In this document: positions 18,056 through 24,776 of the stretch, piece by piece
Position numbering within the stretch: position 1 is the first letter of the stretch
How the letters are laid out: every line of letters begins with the position of its first letter
From: Spirochaetales bacterium
GTDB taxonomy: Bacteria; Spirochaetota; Spirochaetia; DSM-27196; SLST01
Direction: 5' to 3'
Length of the DNA stretch: 64,000 bases
Assembly: GCA_046538735.1 (NCBI GenBank)
Contig: JBKHII010000002.1
Location: 23,235-87,234 of the forward strand
Position numbers and translations under genes: made by a program
The notes under the pieces: generated by a model
Told to the model about the DNA's origin: nothing
Database searches by the model: none
The model's input: only the letters and a program-made list of their open reading frames with translations

Positions 18056-18595
18056 ATGAATACGGACGATTCCGGACGGGTCTATCGCTACGGCACGCAC
18101 GAGCCTGACATTCACGAGAGCGTCTTCCTCGCTCCGGGAGCGATCGTAATCGGAAACGTGACGATCGGTCCGCGCGCGAGCGTGTGGTTCAACACGACGG
18201 TGCGGGGGGACGTCCATTCGATCGAGATCGGCGAGGAGACCAACGTCCAGGACAACTCTACGCTCCACGTGACGCACGACACGCACCCGCTCGTGATCGG
18301 CGCGCGGGTCACGTGTGGACACGGCGTGAAGCTCCACGGGTGCACGATCGGCGACGAGTCGCTCATCGGTATCGGTGCGATCGTGCTGGACGGCGCGGTT
18401 GTGGAGCCCGGCTCGATGGTCGCGGCCGGTGCGCTCATTCCACCGGGGATGGTAGTCAAGTCCGGAACGCTTGTTGCGGGGGTCCCGGCGAAGACGATTC
18501 GGTCGCTGCGACCGGCCGAGCGTGAGGATCTCGCCGCCTCCGCGGCCCGATACGTGGAGTACGCGCTATCAATGCAAACTTCTCTGCAGCAGTAG
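18056..18595 (+). CDS. gamma-carbonic-anhydrase-like hexapeptide-repeat protein (YrdA/PaaY family)
   Basis: Left-handed beta-helix repeats. SVWFNTTVRGD...IGEETNVQDNSTLHV and HGCTIGDESLIGIGAIVLDGA are typical of the family. Confidence 0.85.
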   Translation: MNTDDSGRVYRYGTHEPDIHESVFLAPGAIVIGNVTIGPRASVWFNTTVRGDVHSIEIGEETNVQDNSTLHVTHDTHPLVIGARVTCGHGVKLHGCTIGDESLIGIGAIVLDGAVVEPGSMVAAGALIPPGMVVKSGTLVAGVPAKTIRSLRPAEREDLAASAARYVEYALSMQTSLQQ

Positions 18596-18668
18596 AGATT
18601 CTGATCATGGATTGATAGACTCGGTATCATCCGGCAACAGGCTCCCGCCGGGCAAGAAGGAGTTGTAA

Positions 18669-19328
18669 ATGAAACGTTCTCTCAAGATGGGTCTTGTCGT
18701 TGGGCTCTTGGTCATCGTGGCCGGCGGCGCGTTCGCCATCGACCCCGCCAATCTCAACCGGGTCACCTTCGTCAACGACACAGGCTACGATATCATCTAC
18801 CTGTTCTTCTCCCCCGGCGATTCCGAGTACTGGGGTGCGGACGTCCTGGGCACCACTCGCACGCTGGACGACGGTGAGAAGGTCGGCTTCTACATCCACT
18901 ACCCCGAGTACTCGAATAACTTCGACTTCATGGCGATCGATGAAGACGGTGACGCCTACCTGATCTGGGACTACGAGATCGACGACTCCGGTCCTGCGAC
19001 GATCGAGATCACGCTCGACCACCTCGAGGGCGGCTACGACATCCCCGAGCTCGCCACCGTCAACCTCGTGAACGAGAGCGGCTACGACATGTGGTACGTC
19101 TTCTTCTCCCCTGGCGACTCCAGCATGTGGGGCATCGACATGCTCGACGACGAGACGATCCTGGAGACCGGGGAGACGCTCAGTCTCTTCGTTCCGGTCT
19201 CGAGCAATACGACCCGCTACGACTTCCAGAGCGTGGACGAAGACGAGGACGTCTACATGTTCTCGGTCGAGCTCTCGAACGCGCAATCCGAGTACGCGTG
19301 GGCGATCGAGCTCTCCGACCTGCAGTAG
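18669..19328 (+). CDS. secreted protein made of two copies of an unrecognised ~95-aa module
   Basis: Signal peptide ...VAGGAFA-ID. Repeat 1: VTFVNDTGYDIIYLFFSPGDSEYWGADVLG...FDFMAIDEDGDAY. Repeat 2: VNLVNESGYDMWYVFFSPGDSSMWGIDMLD...YDFQSVDEDEDVY. Confidence 0.75.
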   Translation: MKRSLKMGLVVGLLVIVAGGAFAIDPANLNRVTFVNDTGYDIIYLFFSPGDSEYWGADVLGTTRTLDDGEKVGFYIHYPEYSNNFDFMAIDEDGDAYLIWDYEIDDSGPATIEITLDHLEGGYDIPELATVNLVNESGYDMWYVFFSPGDSSMWGIDMLDDETILETGETLSLFVPVSSNTTRYDFQSVDEDEDVYMFSVELSNAQSEYAWAIELSDLQ

Positions 19329-19340
19329 AAACGCCAAGGC

Positions 19341-19384
19341 GTGAACGAGCGCGGGACCCCGTCCGGGGTCCCGCGCTCGTTCAC
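19341..19384 (+). terminator. perfect 20-bp GC-rich hairpin (4-nt loop) between the two repeat-module genes
   Basis: GTGAACGAGCGCGGGACCCC-gtcc-GGGGTCCCGCGCTCGTTCAC, starting 13 nt after the stop at 19328. No U-tract follows. Confidence 0.55.
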
Positions 19385-19454
19385 GGCCCGTCCTGTCACC
19401 CTGCCCCCAGACCCCTCCGCACGAGACCGAGTCTTCCGAGTTCCGACATTTCCG

Positions 19455-19934
19455 TTGTCGACCTGTCCTCTCGGGCGATACCTTAGGCCGACGATCACCG
19501 GGCTCTCGCACGTGACCTTCGTGAATCGAACCGGACTCGAGATTGGACCGCTCTTCTTCTCGCACAGCAACTCGCCGTGGGGCCCGGATCTCCTCGGCGT
19601 GGACGAGTTTCTCGCCGACGGCGAGGAGATCTCGTTCTACGTGGCACATCCGAGCGAGACCGACTCGTTCGACGTACGCGCCGTGGACTCGGAGTTCTCC
19701 GCCTACGACCGCTACGAACTCGGGATTGGTGGGTCCGAGGGCATCGCGACGGTCAATCTGACGAACCGGACCGGCGACACGATCAGCTTTCAGGTCGAGA
19801 CGTTCGAGGCGCCGATCCCGTACCAGGTCATCTGCATCGACGAGGAAGGAGACGAGTACGAGTTCGACATGGAGCTTTCGACCGAGGAGACCGAGTACTC
19901 GCGCGAAATCGTAATCGGGGACCTGCACTACTGA
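19455..19934 (+). CDS. paralog of the 18669 repeat-module protein, no signal peptide visible
   Basis: VTFVNRTGLEIGPLFFSHSNSPWGPDLLG...FDVRAVDSEFSAY, plus a shortened second copy (VNLTNRTGDTISF...YQVICIDEEGDEY). The start is uncertain: TTG 19455 or GTG 19512. The annotated ORF start at 19341 lies inside the hairpin. Confidence 0.5.
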   Translation: MSTCPLGRYLRPTITGLSHVTFVNRTGLEIGPLFFSHSNSPWGPDLLGVDEFLADGEEISFYVAHPSETDSFDVRAVDSEFSAYDRYELGIGGSEGIATVNLTNRTGDTISFQVETFEAPIPYQVICIDEEGDEYEFDMELSTEETEYSREIVIGDLHY

Positions 19935-20028
19935 CTCAGCGTCTGCCAGGCCCCAGACTTCGCGGCAGTTCACGAAAGTAGCGTGCGCCGCTTTGTGCGG
20001 CGGGCGTTTTCCTGCTATAGTCGGCGTG

Positions 20029-20943
20029 ATGCGCGACCTGATCATCATCGGCGCCGGCCCGGCGGGCCTTGCAGCCTCCCTCTACGCAACGAAGAAACGG
20101 CTCGACTACGTCGTTCTCGCCGAGGACCTCGGTGGGAAAAGCAACTACTCGATCGACCTTCCGGACACCGACCCGGGTGAACAGATACGCGCGAGCGAGT
20201 TGGTCACGGTGTACAAGACGCGGCTCCAGTACCTCCGGAACTCGCATGCGATCACGGGCGTCTGCGGGGTCAGGGCGGGCAACGGCTCCTTCACGGTCGA
20301 GACGGTCAAGGGCTCGAACGAGGAGGCGCGCGCGGTGATCGTGGCAACGGGGACCCGAATCGACCGCGATCCGGTCCCGGGCGAGGCGGAGTTCCTCTCG
20401 CGGGGACTCGGCTACTCGTCCGGCAGCTACTCGCATCTGCTGCGCGGAAAGCGCGTCTTCATCGCGGGCGAGACCGACCGCGCGCTCAGCTCGGCGCTCG
20501 AAATCTCCATACACGCCGACTCCGTAACGGTTGCGCTTCTCGAGGGCGGCAGCTTCAGTCCGCCCCTCCTGGAACGCGTCCGCTCGCTCGACCGCGTGTC
20601 GCTCGTGGACAGGGCGACGCTCACGGCGTTCGAAGGCGACGAGTACGCACGATCGGTGACAATCGCCTCCTCAGGGAGCGAACGGAAGATCGAGGCCGAC
20701 GGTTTCTTCATCGAGCCCGAGCCGATCCCGAACACCGAGTTCCTCGGCGACTCGCCGGCGACAGACGACCGTGGCTACCTCCCGGTCAACGGCGCCAACA
20801 TGACGGCGGTAGACGGGCTCTTCGCCGCCGGCGACGTTACCGGCAGCGGGTTCGAGCAGGTTCTCGTCGCACTCGGCGACGGAGGCAAGGCGTCGTTGTC
20901 CGTGTACCGCTATTTGATCGAGCACGGCCTCACGGCCGGTTAG
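20029..20943 (+). CDS. thioredoxin-reductase-fold flavoprotein lacking the CxxC and the NAD(P)H glycine motif
   Basis: FAD motifs IIIGAGPAGLAASLYA and GLFAAGDV are present. Where TrxB has CATC...GGGNSA, this protein has SSGS...AGETDRA. Confidence 0.8.
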   Translation: MRDLIIIGAGPAGLAASLYATKKRLDYVVLAEDLGGKSNYSIDLPDTDPGEQIRASELVTVYKTRLQYLRNSHAITGVCGVRAGNGSFTVETVKGSNEEARAVIVATGTRIDRDPVPGEAEFLSRGLGYSSGSYSHLLRGKRVFIAGETDRALSSALEISIHADSVTVALLEGGSFSPPLLERVRSLDRVSLVDRATLTAFEGDEYARSVTIASSGSERKIEADGFFIEPEPIPNTEFLGDSPATDDRGYLPVNGANMTAVDGLFAAGDVTGSGFEQVLVALGDGGKASLSVYRYLIEHGLTAG

Positions 20944-20993
20944 CCCGCGACGCATCTATTCCATCCCAATCTCCGTATCTCCGCGCTTTTCCT

Positions 20994-21023
20994 TTGACAG
21001 CACGCGAATACCCGTCATACAAT
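20994..21023 (+). promoter_or_regulatory. candidate promoter of the hydrogenase operon (TTGACA-18-TACAAT)
   Basis: TTGACA at 20994-20999 and TACAAT at 21018-21023, about 77 nt upstream of the ATG at 21100. A 10-bp palindrome ATATCGATAT sits at 21035-21044 just downstream. Confidence 0.35.
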
Positions 21024-21099
21024 TCGATGAGATAATATCGATATCAGGGGCTCTATTCAGTCATCGCTGCTTCTCCTGGAGTCCGTCCAAGGAGGCCTC

Positions 21100-21615
21100 A
21101 TGGAGCTGGAACAGGTTCGCACCCAGTCGGACGAGATCGAGGACGGCGCTACGCGTGCCGAGCTCGATCGCTACATCAACGATCACCTCACGATGGAGGG
21201 CAATCTCATCCCCGTCCTCCAGCACGCACAGCAGCTCTACGGCTACCTTCCCAAGTCGGTCCTGAAGCACATCAGCGAGCGACTCGATATCTCGTACAGC
21301 GAGGTCGCCGGCGTTGTCACGTTCTACTCGTTCTTCTCCACCGTCCCGCGCGGCAAGCACGTCATCCGCGTCTGCCTCGGAACGGCGTGCTACGTCCGTG
21401 GCGGCAAGGAAGTACTCGCGGCGTTCCAGAACGAGCTGGGGATCGACGTGGGAGAGACCACGGAGGACCGGCTCTTCTCGCTCGAAGTCGGCCGCTGCTT
21501 CGGCGCGTGCGGTCTCGCACCGGTCGTCATGATCGACGATGAGGTCCATCAGCGCGTGAAACCCGCGAAGGTGCGCGAGCTGCTCGCCGGATACCGCATG
21601 GAGGACCAGGCATGA
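21100..21615 (+). CDS. NuoE/HydC/HndA-like [2Fe-2S] subunit of an NAD(P)H-linked [FeFe]-hydrogenase
   Basis: IPVLQHAQQLYGYLP, CLGTACYVRGG, CFGACGLAPVVMIDD. GGAGG Shine-Dalgarno. The stop overlaps the next start (ATGA). Confidence 0.9.
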   Translation: MELEQVRTQSDEIEDGATRAELDRYINDHLTMEGNLIPVLQHAQQLYGYLPKSVLKHISERLDISYSEVAGVVTFYSFFSTVPRGKHVIRVCLGTACYVRGGKEVLAAFQNELGIDVGETTEDRLFSLEVGRCFGACGLAPVVMIDDEVHQRVKPAKVRELLAGYRMEDQA

Positions 21616-24600
21616 AACCGATCCGAAGCCGCAAGGACCTGGAGAACGTAGCCGCGGAGCGCTCCGCGGCCGCAAGCAAGAGAAAGGTTCGATTCCACGT
21701 CTGCATGGGCGCAAGTTGCATCGCGTCCGGTGCGGACGACGTACTGGCCGCGCTCGAGAGCGAGCTCGCCGAGCGCAACGGTACCGTTGAGGTGACCGGG
21801 ACCGGCTGCATGGGTCCGTGCGTCCGCGGTCCCCTCATTCGCGTCGTGGGCGAGCACGAGACGACGTACACACACGTCACCGTGGACGAGGTTCCCGCGA
21901 TCGTGTCGCAGGCGTTCGGCGTGACCGCTTCGGCGGGCGACACGGCTACCACCGAGCCGGACGGGGAGCTCGAGTCTTTCTTCGCCGCGCAGGAGCGCAT
22001 CGTGCTCCGCAACTGCGGGATCGTGGATCCTGCGAAGATCGACGACGCGATCGCGCACGGCGGCTACGCCGCGCTCGAGCGCGTGCTCCGGGAGCTCTCA
22101 CCCGAGGAGATCGTTTCCGAGCTCAAGACCTCGGGGCTCCGCGGCCGCGGAGGGGCAGGATTCCCGACTTGGCTCAAGTGGCAGCTCACGCAGCAGGCGC
22201 CGGGAGACGAGAAGTTCGTCCTCTGCAACGCGGACGAAGGCGACCCCGGCGCGTTCATGGACCGGAGCGTCCTCGAGGGCGATCCGCACTCGCTCATCGA
22301 AGGCATGGCGATCGCCGCACGCTGCGTGGGCGCCCGGCGCGGCGTCGTCTACGTGCGGGCCGAATACCCGCTCGCGATCGAGCGACTCGAGCACGCGATC
22401 CGCGAGGCTCGCGAGGCCGGGCTTCTCGGCGAGTCGATCCTGGGCAGCGACTTCTCGTTCGACCTCGAGATCAGACGAGGCTCGGGCGCGTTCGTCTGCG
22501 GCGAGGAGACCGCGCTCATCCACTCGATCGAGGGCAAGCGCGGCGAGCCGAGGCCGCGACCGCCGTTCCCGGCGCAGAAAGGACTCTGGGGCAAGCCGAG
22601 CCTCCTCAACAACGTTGAGACCTATGCGAACATCGCGTCGATCTTCACACGAGGCGGCGAGTGGTTCGCCTCGCACGGCACGCCCGAGAGCCGCGGCACG
22701 AAGGTGTTCGCGCTCGCCGGCGCGATCGAGAACACCGGGCTCGTGGAGGTGCCGATCGGCACCACGCTCGGCGAGCTCGTCTACGACATCGGCGGCGGCA
22801 TCAAGGGAGGCCGCCCGTTCAAGGCGGCGCAGATCGGCGGGCCCTCCGGCGGCTGCGTGCCGAAGAGCAACCTGGACGTACCGCTGGACTACGAGTCGCT
22901 CCAGGAAATCGGCGCGATCATGGGCTCGGGCGGGCTCATCGTGATGGACGACGAGACGTGCATGGTGGACGTCGCCCGATTCTTCCTCGAGTTCGTGCAG
23001 GAGGAGTCGTGCGGGAAGTGCGTCCCGTGCCGCGTGGGCACGAAGCGGATGCTCGAAATCCTCAACCGGATCGTCTCCGGCGACGGCGAGATGGAGGACA
23101 TCGACCGGCTGATCGAGCTCGGGAAGCAAATCAAGGAGACCGCGCTCTGCGGCCTCGGCCAGACGGCGCCGAACCCGGTCCTCTCCACGATTCGCCACTT
23201 CCGGAACGAGTACGAAGAGCACATCCGAGACCGCCACTGCGCCGCGGGCGTCTGTCCCGGCCTGGTACGGGCGCCGTGCCAGAGCGCCTGCCCGGCGGGT
23301 GTGGACGTTCCCGGCTTCGTCGCGCTCGTGGGCGAGAAGCGGTACGCGGAGGCGCTTGCCCTCCATCGGAACCGCAATCCGTTTGCGGCGGTCTGCGCGC
23401 GCGTCTGCTTCCATACCTGCGAAGACCACTGTCGCCGGGCATCGCTGGACGACTCCGTGGCGATCCGCGGCGTGAAGCGGTTCATGGTCGACCAGGAGGT
23501 CGTCGTCCAGCTGCCAACGGTCCGCGAGAACCCTGAGAACGCCGGGCGTCGCGTGGCGATCGTGGGCGCTGGGCCGGCGGGCCTCTCGTGCGCGTACTTC
23601 CTCGCGCGGCTCGGCTACCGTCCCACGGTCTTCGAGGCGGAGTCGCGGCCGGGCGGCATGCTCGTGCAGACGATCCCCGCCTACCGCCTGCCGCGCGAGA
23701 CGCTCGCGAGAGAGATTCGCATGATCGAGCAACTCGGCGTGGACATCCGCACCGAGCAACGGCTCGGGCGCGACATCACGATCGACGGTCTCAAGGAAGC
23801 GGGCTACGAGGCGCTCTTCCTCGGTATGGGCGCGCCGGAGTGCATGGAGATGGGCATCCCGGGAGAGGAGAGCTCGGGCGTCATCAAGGCGGGTGAGTTC
23901 CTGCGGACCTACAACATCCGCGGGTCGGTCCCGGTCGGCAAGCAGGTCGTCGTGGTCGGCGGCGGGAACGCGGCGGTGGACGCCGCGCGGACCGCGCTCC
24001 GGCTCGGAGCAGAGCGCGTGACGATCATCTACCGGCGCACGCGCGAGCAGATGCCCGCGTACGAAGAGGAGATCGAGGAAGCGCTCCACGAGGGAGTCGA
24101 GCTCAGGACGCTCGTGCAGCCCACGGAAGTCGTCGCCAGGAAGGGCGCGGTAGCGGGCCTGCGCTGCGAGGCGATGACGCTCGGCGAGTTCGACCGCAGC
24201 GGACGCAGACGCCCCACGCGATCCGGCGACGAGAGCTTCGTGATGGAGGCCGACCAGGTAATCGTGGCGATCGGGCAGAAACTGGAAACCTCGTCGATTG
24301 CCGAGCTCGGCGAGCTCGAACGCAACGACTGGGGATTTATAGCAGCCGATCCGCTCACCGGACAGACCAGCGTTCCGTGGGTCTTCGCCGGAGGTGACGC
24401 GGCAAGCGGACCTGCCTCGGTCGTCACGGCGATCGCGGCCGGCGAACGAGCCGCGGTCGGCATCAACCTCCTCCTGACCGGACGCGCGGACGCGTTCTGG
24501 CGCGAGGAACAGGAAGTAGACACGAGCTACGACCCGGACGCCGAGCCGGCTCCGTATCCCCGGGAGGCGTACCGTACGATCGCCGTGGACCGCAGGCGCC

Positions 24601-24776
24601 ACAACTTCGACGAAGTCGAACAGCCGTGGTGCGAGGCGGTTGCGCTTCGCCAGGCTCACCGCTGCCTGCGCTGCGACTACGGGAAGCAGATCGCGAAGCC
24701 GGTCGTCCCAACGGGACTCCGGTCTGACGAGAAGGGAGCGGACACCGCGCGAACGAAGGAGGAGCTCCATGCATAA
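21612..24776 (+). CDS. fused flavoprotein subunit: Trx-like [2Fe-2S] + NuoF/HydB core + GltD/NfnB-like FAD/NAD(P)H oxidoreductase
   Basis: N-terminus CMGASC...GCMGPC. NuoF core GRGGAGFPTWLKW, CGKCVPCRVG, CGLGQTAPNP. From about nt 23230: Cys-rich CPGLVRAPCQSACPAG...CARVCFHTCEDHC, then VAIVGAGPAGLSCAYFLARLG and VVVVGGGNAAVDAAR dinucleotide folds, as in the glutamate synthase small subunit. Confidence 0.9.
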   Translation: MKPIRSRKDLENVAAERSAAASKRKVRFHVCMGASCIASGADDVLAALESELAERNGTVEVTGTGCMGPCVRGPLIRVVGEHETTYTHVTVDEVPAIVSQAFGVTASAGDTATTEPDGELESFFAAQERIVLRNCGIVDPAKIDDAIAHGGYAALERVLRELSPEEIVSELKTSGLRGRGGAGFPTWLKWQLTQQAPGDEKFVLCNADEGDPGAFMDRSVLEGDPHSLIEGMAIAARCVGARRGVVYVRAEYPLAIERLEHAIREAREAGLLGESILGSDFSFDLEIRRGSGAFVCGEETALIHSIEGKRGEPRPRPPFPAQKGLWGKPSLLNNVETYANIASIFTRGGEWFASHGTPESRGTKVFALAGAIENTGLVEVPIGTTLGELVYDIGGGIKGGRPFKAAQIGGPSGGCVPKSNLDVPLDYESLQEIGAIMGSGGLIVMDDETCMVDVARFFLEFVQEESCGKCVPCRVGTKRMLEILNRIVSGDGEMEDIDRLIELGKQIKETALCGLGQTAPNPVLSTIRHFRNEYEEHIRDRHCAAGVCPGLVRAPCQSACPAGVDVPGFVALVGEKRYAEALALHRNRNPFAAVCARVCFHTCEDHCRRASLDDSVAIRGVKRFMVDQEVVVQLPTVRENPENAGRRVAIVGAGPAGLSCAYFLARLGYRPTVFEAESRPGGMLVQTIPAYRLPRETLAREIRMIEQLGVDIRTEQRLGRDITIDGLKEAGYEALFLGMGAPECMEMGIPGEESSGVIKAGEFLRTYNIRGSVPVGKQVVVVGGGNAAVDAARTALRLGAERVTIIYRRTREQMPAYEEEIEEALHEGVELRTLVQPTEVVARKGAVAGLRCEAMTLGEFDRSGRRRPTRSGDESFVMEADQVIVAIGQKLETSSIAELGELERNDWGFIAADPLTGQTSVPWVFAGGDAASGPASVVTAIAAGERAAVGINLLLTGRADAFWREEQEVDTSYDPDAEPAPYPREAYRTIAVDRRRHNFDEVEQPWCEAVALRQAHRCLRCDYGKQIAKPVVPTGLRSDEKGADTARTKEELHA

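Noticed and set aside
17387-18056. Very short gaps around the 17435..18019 membrane-protein gene (35 nt and 36 nt), considered as a sign of mis-called starts or a hidden small gene.
   Set aside because: Both flanking starts are supported: a signal peptide begins exactly at 18019 and the hexapeptide-repeat protein at 18056. No additional ORF fits. A compact divergent promoter region is plausible.
21035-21044. Palindrome ATATCGATAT downstream of the putative hydrogenase promoter, considered as a Rex-type redox operator.
   Set aside because: It does not resemble the Rex consensus (TTGTGAA-N4/6-TTCACAA). A 10-bp AT palindrome in an A/T-rich leader can occur by chance. It is kept only as a note in the promoter feature.
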